NCBI GenBank assembly: GCA_002104905.1 | Contig: MCFE01000022.1 | Location: 1-64,000 of the forward strand | Length of the DNA stretch: 64,000 bases | Direction: 5' to 3' | Origin: Basidiobolus meristosporus CBS 931.73 | Lineage: Eukaryota > Fungi > Basidiobolomycota | Part shown: one piece after another, positions 34,529 to 46,490 of the stretch | Layout: every line of letters begins with the position of its first letter | How positions within the stretch are numbered: position 1 is the first letter of the stretch | Position numbers and translations under genes: made by a program | Notes under the pieces: model-generated | Seen by the model: the letters and a program-made list of their open reading frames with translations, nothing else | What the model was told of the DNA's origin: nothing | Databases searched by the model: none

Positions 34529-37500
34529 CTATTCATCCGAGCTCTGGTCCTTTTCCTCGGAAATATCCGCCGTCAACTCATTCTCGTCTAATGAATCCCC
34601 ATGCGAGCCCTTCATATGATAGACTAGCAAGGATTCGATCAGCTCAGTGTTGAATCCCAGCTCCCAATGCTCAATTTGATTCAAGATTGTTGCACTCAAT
34701 GAGCAACCATGCTCCTCCTCTTCAGGGGCCTCCTCCTCTTCTAGGGACTCGAGGAATTTCTGGAGGATGATTCGTTTGGCCGACAGACCACGTCTAACTT
34801 CTGTGTGGACTCTCTTATATCTGAATACCAGATGAGCAGCCAGGTTTTCGCGGCCCAGGTCATGGATACGCTTGATGGTGGAGTGGATCAATTTTTTCCG
34901 TAACTCGGACAACTTCTTCTCGGTCCCTTTAGGGCCATTGCCTGCGTTGAACTGGAACAACGAGTCGAAGATTGGTTGAGAAATATGGGTATCAAGCATC
35001 TGCTCGAATATTCCGGTGATCACCATCTCCACATGGAGCACTCTGTCATTCAGCAGTGCGTCTGACAATAGCGGGTCTTTCTCGGCTTCGTCCTTTACCT
35101 CCAATAATTCACGGATCTCTTGCTCCACTATGTCGTGTGTTTCCTTTGCGTTCGATAGTAGACTATGGTGGTAGTAGCTTATGGTACGTTGATTGGCAGA
35201 TAGGATTTGCAATAGCTCGCTTTCATACTATAGGGATTACGAGTCATTCTGAGAAGCTATCTCATGAATCAACGCAATCTCAATAAACTTACCTTCAGGC
35301 ATACATCGTTTGCGGCGGGCAGAGCCAAGCGAATTAGTAGCACCCACTCAGCATATTGATTACTTATCATCCATTTGAACACATCGAACCAGCTCTCGAC
35401 CAAGTACTCGGGCAAGGCCGTTGAGCGGTCAGCATCGGCAAGTTGGCTTAGCGTCCAGCCCCGAAGCATTTTTACCAGTGATTGGTAATGGTTTAACCCA
35501 TCTGATTGCCCAAGAAGCTTTTTAAATAACTCATGCCTGCTAGAGTCGCTCACCAGGTCGTTTTGGGTCAGCGTGTAGTTCCATGTGTCCTTCAATAGCA
35601 GCTCTAGCCTAAAGAACCCGATCTCTTGGCCAATCTCTACCTGCCCAGTAAACTCCTAAGAGGGATCAAATTAATGAGCTACTTCGCGTTTGCGTACAGG
35701 TATGTAATACTAACTTCCAGGATTTTCTCCTTCTTTCTGACGTGTATCAACTCCGAGAAGTGCCTGATATTCTCCAAAAGACCGGGTGGTAAGCTTTTCC
35801 CTTCATCAAGCGCGTCAATGGATGTGGTGAGTTTCATGATATCGTCCGGGGTGTACTTGTGGTAAGGAGGGAAATTGGTGGATTCCACTGGGTTCGACAA
35901 ATAAGGAAGCAAATAAAGTAGATAATAGTAGCAAGCAACCAGCTCGTTATGCGATGTGGAGTCAAGAGAATCAAAGAGCTCACGAGCTTCAGAGGGGTTC
36001 TTCAAAGCCAAGAGATAGCATATGGAAAGAGGGGTCTGTCCTTTGAAGCTTCCTTGGGCCAGATCCAACAATATGGGATCCAACTCGGAATTACCCTCAC
36101 CTGAAGACTTATCGTTGAATAGCTTCATGCATGACAATCGATATATCATCTCTAGCACTGCTCCCTTTGCATTGTGGATTGAATTCTCAGACAGAGTGTA
36201 TGGAGAGGACTTGGATGCAGAATATGATGCAACAGGACTCCAGTAGAATTCGTGGTGATCGTTGGTCGACTCTGTTGACGGTGACTCGTCAGGAATTAGG
36301 TGATGAAGCTCGGTGATCGCCTGGTCCAAGTCCAATTCTGATTCATTGGACATGCCTTGCATTTTCAGGGAGTTTTCCTGCACTTGCTCCTTAAGTAGAG
36401 AAAGATCCTGGTGGGTCTTTAGTTTTCTCCAGAGTTGAATAACTATGTAGATATCTTCCTTGGGGCAGACAGTAGAAGCAAAGCTCAGGAGCTGGAGACG
36501 ACGCCTGAGACCAACCGAGTTAGGAATGTTAGCAAGATCGTAACAAACCCTCCAAGCCATGTCTCTGGCTTCCAACATTCCAGCCGGCGCTACTTGTCGA
36601 ATCTTTTTCCCCAAACCCATCAACTTCTCGCACATGCCATATGCCGACTTGTAATCCCTGCGCTTCACTGCTGCTCTTGAAAGCAACGCATAGATCTTGA
36701 CCTCGGCTGATGGGTCATCTCTGTAGCCAAGTTTGTGTCCCAGCTCCATGATTCTGCCAGGCGCTTTGTAAGCTTTGGGATGATCATCAAGAACACGTGC
36801 AATCAACTCTAATCGATTCGGCGCTAATCTGATCTGAATTGGGAGCATTGGGATGTTTGGTTTGTGCTGCAGATTGTATTCGGCAAGAACGTGGGTGGCC
36901 TCAATCAGATCCAGCTCTTCCCTCAATGCTGCGGAACTTGGAAGCACCTTCAAACTGCTCAAAGTCAACAAAAGTGGTAAATGGATTAGAGGTCAGAACT
37001 ACAAACCAATCGTATGCCATCTTCATGAATCCCCCATCCATACTTCCAGATTCAGCATTGTCGAAAAACTCTCTCGAAGCATTAATAACCAACTCTTCGG
37101 CGGCTGGGGCCGAGAGTGGCGGCGCCTTCTCTTTTGGTAAAAGCAATTCTCTCGCCAAACGGAACCCTATCGTCAAATGCAGACAAGGTCGGTGTCACCT
37201 AGCGCTCGATACAGTGGGGAGCAGATCAACTTACCTCCACAACTCAGCAGTCCCGACAAGAATTCCTTGTATATTTCCTCGGTTGCGATTTCTCCCAAAA
37301 CGCCATTGTTGTGCAAGTCTATCATAGCTTCGAGCAAGAAGGTCCACTCGTCTTCGTTCTCGAATTTGCTTCCCATGGTATCAACCCCACCGCTGGCATG
37401 CCTGGCGATTCTGAGCAGCAACTGCTTTTGAACGGGATAGCTGCCCTCGCTATCCAGGTACCAACCTAGCATTACAGGGATGTCATATCGCTCGAGAATA

Positions 37501-40500
37501 TCGGCGGCGTTTAGGTGTACTTCCAGCTTATTGATGACAAGCTGAATATCAGTCTCATCCATCTCCTTCAGCAAGTTGAAATATTCATGAGACGATAGCT
37601 CCGTGAACTTGCCACCATTCGGGACAGCTAGCGGCTTGGCTTTCGTAATGTCGATCTCGAAATCTGGAAGGCATTCGAAAATCTGGCTCATCAGTCTCCA
37701 TTGGTCTGTGCTCCTGGATCCATACAGGCAAGCCAGTGCAAGCTGGCTTAGCAGGAGGTCCTCTGCGATGATTCTGTCTTGTGCTGGGAGCGTTGGCTTG
37801 GACTCGTTGAAAATCAAGTAACACCAATCCAGGTGCTTGGTAGAGAGCGTCAAAATGAAGTCGTACAGGAGACTCATTGAATCGCGTCCGCCCTGAGTCA
37901 CCTTCGCCGACTGGTTTCTCAAGTAGGGTATCACGAAGTTTCTGATATCTCTCACTATTCTCTGCTCATTGGTTTCGCGTAAAATCAGCTCCACAACCTC
38001 CTTCACGGTGAGCCTTTCAAACGATTCTAGCGTTATTTCCAAGCATGCTTCGGGGGAGTCGGAGTAGCATTCGTAAACTAGCTGTGAAACGGTACGAAGG
38101 TTGTCCCTAAGCTCTTCAAGCCCCTGGACTCCATTGGCGTCGCCGATCTGGATCAACCGATAGGCATGATGAATCTGCCCCGAGACCACATCAATGTTGT
38201 GAGCACGCGAAATATACCATTCACTAATGGTGGCGCCTGAAGCGGGGTATTGCACCTTGTCCTTGGGGTGAGATATATCTTGTGTGCTTAGCTCTTCAAG
38301 CGAAATGCCCAGCTGGGCCAGCAATAAAGGATTCTCGACCGGATCTTGCTCGCGCCACGCTTTCTCGGGCCACAGGCTCTCCTCATTCACCTCACTATTC
38401 ACTTTAGGTAGGAAGTCCTGGTAAGAAGAAGGATCGGCAATTTCGGGGATTTGGTCAAGGATTGCAAAGCGGTACGGCAGGAGCGCAGAACCATGTCTGG
38501 TAAATAGGATTTTCAAGGGCGAATATTTCTCAATCACCGCATATTGAAGAGCTTGCTCAATAATATTCACCTCTCGGAAGTAAATGAAGTCCTCGGCAAA
38601 AGAGCTCTCTTCTGCATGCTGCTTTTCGTCGGCATCATTGCTGGGGCTCTGGGTCGTATCTTGGTTCGTTGCTGATTCCTCGATTGCATCCATTATTTCG
38701 ACCATCGTGTTTAACCGATCCAGATATTTCAAAAAGGCAACTCTATATCTACAGTGCATCGCCTGTTCTTGTGTGAGTTGACTGAAGTTGTTGTCCAGTT
38801 TGCCTAGTGCCTCTACTACGTGATTCGTCTCTTTCAGCCCGTATTCAAGCAGGAGCTTGGCTGCTTCGGTATTCCCAGGAATCCTCATCAAACACGTCTC
38901 AATGACCCAATTACGGTCTTTTATGTTGTCCAGGTACTTGTGAAGACTTTCTTCGGTTACTTCGGCCCCGTTCCATTGAGCTTGGTATACAACATCCGAA
39001 TTCAGATTGTATAGTTTTGCGATCGATAGCGCGTTTTCATATTCGAATGCTAGGACCTTTCTTTCCAATAAGTTTATGGGCATGATCTCCGCAAATTGAA
39101 CTAGCCTCAAGCATCTTCTTGGAATAGTTACGTACTTCCCCTTGGCCGACTTCGAATCTCCTTCGAAATTCCACAGGAACGTGTTGGTAATATAATACAA
39201 AGAGCTTCCGACAAACGAGAACAGATGCTTGAAGAACGGCTGGTTCGTCTCTAATTCGTCTTCGTAGTCTACTTCTTCGTCCTGTGAAGAATGGATAAAC
39301 GTGAGCTTATTGTCCCGGTGCAGACGCGCACGAAGCATCAATGTCTCATGCTCAAGCAAGTAGAATCGATTGTCCAAAGGCTTGGAAATCTCCAGGTTGG
39401 ATTTCAAGTACTCGGGCGACTCCCCCAACATATTCAAGCGACTGGAGACTTTGAAAATCAGCATAGCCCCATGCTCGTAGCCAAGGACAATCGAATCAAC
39501 ATCCCACCACTGGGCGGAGACAACGTTGCCACTCTCCAGGCTGGGGTTGTTCTCAGACTCTCTCTTCAGCCGTTCCTGGAACTCCGAGAAAGTGAGATCT
39601 TTGTAGGCCTCAGGCTTAGCAAAGAACGACAACTCATCCCGCTTCCAATGATGGACCAAGTCAACGTTGGAGTCTTTTTCGATACGCCACACCTTCAAAG
39701 TACCCAGGAAATCGAGGGAGAGCAGGTAGTTACCATCTGGTGAAATTGTGATACAACGCACCACCTCATCGATGAAGCTCTTCTTTCTCTTGCCTAAGGT
39801 CGTGATGATATTGCGCAACTTGGTCACCACTCCGGTTTCCTCCAGCTCGCCCTGCATTTTCTTGCTGGAGCTGTTTTCTGCAGGCTCCTCAATGACATCT
39901 GCATCAAACAACTGGTAGAATGGAGAGGTGAGAGTCATTTTCCATCCCGACATCGATGGAAAACGCTTAGCACTTTCTGGGGACTGGTTAGAGCTCACGT
40001 CGGCAGGATCCTTCAATGCACCCTTGCCAGCGACATACAACATATTGGTTGTCGGGTTGATGGCTGCACTGACTACCGTTTCGTAGTGGGAGCTGAAAGC
40101 ATACTTGTGGTGCGGGGTAAAGATCCCCGAATCTAAGACACCTTCTTTGGGATAGGAAGTTCCGAGATTCTTCCGATAATTCAACGGGATTTGCGTCTTC
40201 TCGGGGAGGTTATCCTCCGAGAAATAATTGAAGAGGTAGCTTCGTAAAATACCATCGTAAGTAATGCTTATTAGCTGATAGCGATACTCTGCTCCCTCGA
40301 AATGGATGGCATCTTGTTTCCAGAATGTTGAATCCAGCAGCACTAGCTGTGCGACGGGTTCAATAAAGAATTGGTTTCCCTCAACGTCCTCAGCGGCCTT
40401 GCTGTCACCTGTTTCGGTCGATAGAGTGCCTGGTACTTGCCCAGAAGGCCGCGTATTGGCCTGTATTGAGAAGATTGGCTGGCCATTTCTATCTACAACT

Positions 40501-40991
40501 TCGATAGAGCCGTCACTTCGAGATAGTGCTAACAAAAGAGAGTCGGGGCTCCAGGTGATGCATCTCCATTTCGAAAACGGGTCACGTTTGGTGGAGTAGA
40601 CTGCATGGATAGTACTGAAATTCGGTGCGTTTAAGTGCTGGTTTTCGTTTACAAACCCCTTCAAAAAGCGGATTTCCAGCTTGCTCTCTTGGTAAATCGC
40701 AAGCTGTTGTGCGTTTGGGGAGGTGCATAATTGCCAATCATTTTTCAGCTTGGCCAACTCTTGTATCAGTACCGGGGGGACGGTGGTGGAAATGACCAAG
40801 CCGTCGAAGGTACGTGCCAGATGTGACGTAAGATATTGAAACCACCCTTGAGAGTAGGCGGGGCCGTTTAGATAATTCGAACTACCTGGCTCCCCAGCCT
40901 CATCGCCTTCCTCAGGATCCCACTCGGCTACAACAGTAAGATCATAAAGTAGTTTGTGCTTGTTGCTTACGAAATCTTCAGATTTTTCCAT
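34529..40991 (-). CDS. NBAS: NBAS/Sec39 ER tethering (NRZ/Dsl1) subunit with N-terminal beta-propeller
   Basis: N-terminal WQLCTSPNAQQLAIYQESKLEIR...DPFSKWRCITWSPDSLLLA and Sec39-like EYENALSIAKLYNLNSDVVYQAQW. Long exons 40991-~37235, ~37180-35690, ~35620-35290 and ~35230-34529. Confidence 0.88.
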
Positions 40992-41765
40992 ATGGTCTTT
41001 TGTTGATGAATTAGTAGAATATTAGCATTCCACCGTAGCCGACAATAGAAATATCTTGGGTAATGCTTACTCTATTTCTATTAGCACCACGTTTCAATAG
41101 AATCGCCCGTCCCTACCATTGAGATCTATGTTGTCATCGTCTAATGCATACGAGGCTTTCAAAAACATCCAATTCTCTATGATGTCGATATTTTCGAATG
41201 ATCAATTTTCTTGGCAAGTTTTATGATGAAAATCAACATTATTTGCTATATAAACAAAAATCTTTGCGACTCGATTCCACAAACATTTCATTATTAAATC
41301 ACACCTCTCAAGATCTTGTCTACTTGCTAAAAACCGGTTTGATTTGACCGCTAACTGTTCAACGTTCTCTCATTCCTGCCAGTCTACTTTCTTGCGATAC
41401 TACGTGCATTTCAAATCAACCGGAAGGAATCTTTTGATTTTTGTGCTCTATCGCCTTTGTTTACAAAAAGGTAGTTTTCTATTCCAACAATGCAAAAACC
41501 TGCTATTCATTAACCCATCCACCTCGATTGCTTTGAACTCCCTCAGTTAGCTTGGCACGTCCAATATATGGGGCTACGTTAAATTCGTGAACAATCAGAG
41601 TTACCAAGATATTCACGTCTACTGCAGTCAAATTCCGGCTTTATTATACATAAGACCCTCTTTTACCAGTGCAAGATCGCCTTGCATCTACTTCATTCAT
41701 CTAAACCCCCCTTTACCCTACACAAATCTCTTTGAAGCTCATCTTGAAGAAAAAGACCACAAAAA

Positions 41766-43036
41766 ATGGGAAACAACTCCTCCAAGAAAAAAAACAATGA
41801 TTCCGAGGATCGCAAAGGCAGCCACTTGCAAGCAGGCCCAGATTCGCCCGAGGTGGATTACGAAGAGGAAAATCTCGATTCCATTCTCATCCGATCCCCA
41901 GATCAGCTGCAAAACTTACTGGGCGTTGATGCTATAGCCGCACCAACTGTTTCCTCGATCGGCTCGTTGAATTTACGCTCAGGCGGTGACCGACTCAAAA
42001 CACTTAATATCGACGACATGATAGCAAGGCTGTTAGAGGCAGGATACTCAGGAAAAGTGTCAAAATCCCCCTGCTTGAAAAACGCCGAGATCACTGCGGT
42101 TTGTCAAGCTGCTAGAGAGGTCTTCCTCTCCCAACCTTCCTTAATAGAACTATCACCCTCAGTCAAGATCGTTGGAGACGTGCATGGGCAATATACGGAC
42201 CTGCTGCGTCTCTTTGATATGTGCGGCTTCCCGCCTTCGGCCAACTACCTATTCCTTGGTGATTATGTGGATCGTGGCCGGCAGAGTTTAGAGACCATCC
42301 TACTCCTCTTGTGTTACAAGATCAAGTACCCCGAGAACTTTTTCTTGCTGCGCGGAAATCACGAATGTGCCAACGTTACTCGAGGTAAAAGCGCCTGTTT
42401 GCCAAGTAGTCATGAGGATGTTTTTGGCTAATGTAGCTTGCGTTGTATTTAGTGTATGGGTTTTACGACGAGTGCAAGCGCAGATGTAATATTAAGATCT
42501 GGAAGACTTTTGTAAACGTGTTTGATACATTGCCCATTGCCGCCTTGGTAGCATCGAAGATCTTCTGTGTTCATGGCGGCCTTTCTCCATCTCTCCTGGC
42601 CATGGAGGATATCAGACGCATTGAGCGGCCCACCGACGTGCCCGACAGTGGGCTGTTGAGTGATCTGTTGTGGAGCGACCCCACCGACACAGCTGCGGAG
42701 TGGGAGGATAATGAGCGAGGAGTCTCGTTCTGCTTCGGCAAAACTGTCATCGATAACTTCCTGGCCACGCACGACATGGATCTGATATGCCGTGCCCACA
42801 TGGTTGTGGAGGACGGATATGAGTTCTTCAATGGCCGCACCTTGGTCACTGTGTTCTCCGCGCCCAACTACTGCGGAGAATTCGACAACTACGGGGCCAT
42901 CATGAACGTCAACGAGGACTTGCTGTGCAGCTTTGAGCTACTAAAACCAATCGATACGCCGGCGCTGAGACAGCAGCTTCTGTACAGCAGCAAGCGCCAG
43001 TCACCACCCAACTACAATGTACGGCAATCTGTTTAA
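41766..43036 (+). CDS. PPZ1: PPZ-type (PP1-like) Ser/Thr protein phosphatase
   Basis: MGN myristoylation-type start. [25 protein letters not shown] and SAPNYC motifs. CLKNAEI-x-A-x-CQAARE segment typical of Ppz. Intron 42385-42452 restores TRVYGFYDE. Confidence 0.9.
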
Positions 43037-43550
43037 CGACGAGCCAACTTTTCCCACCCACGTTCGCCCTCCCGTCGCATATCCCGCACATAACGCGTCC
43101 TAACCTTCGAAATTATCAGTTTTTGTTCGATCGGTTGAATTTTAATTGCCACCCCAGTTGTTCTTCCTCAACGCAGCGTTTTGAAGTCCCCTTCCTTTCC
43201 TTTACTTTTCTGTTTCTCACACCAGTCACCGCCATCAGTGGAAATCCTCCCGGTTTTGAACGCACCTTTAGTCTGTATATGTTACGTGTTAAAGTTAGAA
43301 TTAAATATCCCACTTCAAACCAACAGCCCGCGATGGAAAAAAAATCGATGGAGTGGAATGGAAAAAAAATCGGGGGGATGAAAAATTGATCGATCGGGAG
43401 AGCAATGGGAGAATTGGTACAAAAATGAATTGGCCCTGCACACCGGCTTCTCTCTTTTCTTCATTCTCGATAGCGAATTGGTTAGTATCCATGTATACCG
43501 TTCGTTCCCGACGTGGGCTGACACGGCACTATTTGTAGGGATCATTAAAC

Positions 43551-44120
43551 ATGAAAGACATCTACAAGGAGGAAGAAATCGTCGTCCCTGAGGGAGTTAC
43601 TGTTGACGTCAAGTCCAGAGTTGTCCGCGTGAAGGGTCCCCGTGGTACTCTTACCAAGAGCTTCACCCATGTTGACATGGAGATCAGAAAGGTCGGAGCC
43701 AACAAGGTCCGTCTTGCCATCTGGCACGGTGGTCGTAAGCACGTTGCCTGCCTTCGTACCATTCGTTCCCACATCCAAAACATGATCACCGGTGTCACCA
43801 AGGGATTCCTTTACAAGATGCGCTTCGTATATGCCCATTTCCCCATCAACGTGAACATTTCCGATGACTCCAAGACCGTCGAGATCCGTAACTTCTTGGG
43901 TGAGAAGGTCATCCGTCGCGTCCAGATGTTGGAGGGAGTGACCATCAAGCACTCCGAAGCCCAAAAGGATGAGATCATCCTCAGCGGCAACGACCTTGAG
44001 AACGTTTCCCAATCCGCCGCTTCTATCCAACAATCCACCCTTGCCAAGAACAAGGATATCCGTAAGTTCTTGGATGGTATCTACGTCTCCGAGAAGACCA
44101 ACATTGTCCTTGAGGACTAA
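43551..44120 (+). CDS. RPL9: 60S ribosomal protein L9 (uL6)
   Basis: [41 protein letters not shown]. Probable 5'-UTR intron ending tttgtag at ~43539. Confidence 0.97.
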   Translation: MKDIYKEEEIVVPEGVTVDVKSRVVRVKGPRGTLTKSFTHVDMEIRKVGANKVRLAIWHGGRKHVACLRTIRSHIQNMITGVTKGFLYKMRFVYAHFPINVNISDDSKTVEIRNFLGEKVIRRVQMLEGVTIKHSEAQKDEIILSGNDLENVSQSAASIQQSTLAKNKDIRKFLDGIYVSEKTNIVLED

Positions 44121-44448
44121 GGTGTTGCCTTGATCTCATCCGTTTCCGAAAACCCCCAAAAGAAATAAATTCATGTTGAACTACATTGCTGTGTATCTAA
44201 TGTGACCTATACTGCTGTGTATCTATTGTGTTGGGTGTTCCATCCATTGCCCTGTCGAACGTCATTGAGAATACTTCACTGACACCAAGTCCCGCATTTC
44301 GAATACTATACTGATACGAAATCACCGAATTTGGAGGCCGAGCCAAATAGAGTGTCTCGCGCCAAAATCGGCATCCGATATCAAAATTGAGTCATTCTTG
44401 ATAATTTTCAAGTCCCACGCATTCCGAGAGAGTGAGTGTTTCTTGTTC

Positions 44449-46250
44449 ATGGCTTCCAACGTCGAAATAAGTCTGGAGAATTTGGCCAGAGAGGCCAACC
44501 TTGACCCGTTGAGCCCCGAGTTTGCTCGCTACTTAGACAAGCAGGACAAACTGGCTTACTTGCGTGAGGAATTTTTCATCCCCAGTGTGCAGGATGTTTT
44601 GCCCGAGAATGAAGGTCAGTATTTCTGATTTCTGTAAGGCCGGTTAATGTGGTGGTGTTAATTCTGTGCTCAGACAAGCCACGCGGCCCATACAAAGCCG
44701 AGGAAGACTGCATTTATTTGTGCGGAAATTCCCTGGGCCTCCTGCCAAAGAAAGCCAAGCAATACGTCGAAGAAGAGCTGGACGTGTGGGCACATAGGTA
44801 CTTATTGTTTAAGGCCCGAAGGATTTCGACTCGCTCCTAATTTTGTTCCTTTGTAGTGGAGTCCATGCACACCATCACCACAAGCATGGGAGACCTTGGG
44901 TAACTATCGACGAAGAGGTTTGCAAACTCAGTGCTAGTATTGTAGGTAGGGCCCGTTGTCGCAGCATGGCTATTGTGGGGCTTGTTTGACCGTTTATATA
45001 TAATCAAGGTGGAAAGCCTATTGAGGTGGCTTCCATGGCAACGCTTACTTCCAACCTCCACTTTTTGTTGACTGCTTTCTACAAACCTACGGAGAAAAGA
45101 CACAAGATACTTATGGAGTACAAGGCATTCCCGTCTGACCATGTAAGAATCAATCGATTCGTTCCATCCCGGTAGTTCTCGATTTATAACTCGAAGAAAG
45201 TATGCAGTTGAGTCTCAGATCAAATATCACGGATTCGATCCGGTGAAGAGCTTGGTTACCGTGGCCCCACGCGAAGGGGAATACACCATACGCACCGAGG
45301 ATATCTTGAAGGCAATTGAGGCCGAGGGCGACTCCGTGGCGGTTGTGTTGTTCAGCGGGATTCAGTACTATACAGGCCAGTTCTTTGAGATAGAGAAGAT
45401 CACCGAGGCTGCCCACAAGAAGGTACGGCTCAGACAGCATTGATGGTAGTATACTTGATGTATTCAACCTCGGAAATACCAGGGATGTATTGCCGGGTTC
45501 GATTTGGCTCATGCCGTTGGAAACGTCCCCCTCCAGCTCCACGATTGGGATGTCGATTTTGCCTGTTGGTGTACATACAAGTACCTCAACTCCGGCCCCG
45601 GTGGAATAGGCGGCCTATTTGTACACGAGAGATTCGCACACGATTTCGATAGACCTCGGTAAATATGGCGATTGTTGGTTAGCATGCGTCTCAAACACTG
45701 ACTGTCATCAATGATATATTATATGCCACAGCTTTAGCGGATGGTGGGGCCATAACAAGACTACTCGATTCCAGATGAACAGTGGTACTTGACCACCGCA
45801 CAGCCTAAGTCTACACCAATGCTAATGCTAATCTCCTTTTCAGTTAGTGACCCCCTTCCAGGTGCTGCGGGTTTCCAGATGTCCAATCCATCCGTGTTGA
45901 CCACAGTCTCACTCCTTGGTGGGCTTGAGCTCTTCGAGAAAGCCTCGATGAAGGAGCTGCGTCAGAAATCCCTGCTCCTTACTGGGTATTTGGAGTTTCT
46001 GCTAGATCAGCTGTTCGACAAGTCCACGTTCAGCATCATGACCCCACGTGATCCCTCGCAACGTGGGTGTCAGCTCTCCTTTTTGTTCGGGGAGGATGTG
46101 AAAGAGTTGTATCATCAGCTCAGCTCATCAGGGGTTGTGTGCGATATACGCGAGCCAAACAGCATTCGAATTGCACCAGTGCCTCTATACAATTCCTTCT
46201 CTGATGTGTACAAATTCATCAGCTTGCTCCGATCCATCAAACAGCAATAG
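44449..46250 (+). CDS. BNA5: Kynureninase (PLP-dependent), multi-exon
   Basis: [42 protein letters not shown] (PLP lysine), [18 protein letters not shown]. Confidence 0.95.
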
Positions 46251-46490
46251 GAGTGCATCCAGGAAATAAAAATGTTCCGGTCTATTGATCGCCCAAGTAC
46301 TAGCCAGGCAATATAGGTGTCCTTAGATTACACATGTATATGGCGCACGGAGTTTACCTAAATTTATCCCCGACTGCCATATCAAGTGATTTTTCTATTT
46401 GCTCTACTGGCCAATTGTACTTTTCATGGACTGCCCCCTCCTCATTCAGTAGCACCAAGTAACACTTGATTCCTCTTTTCCCAAGAAGTA

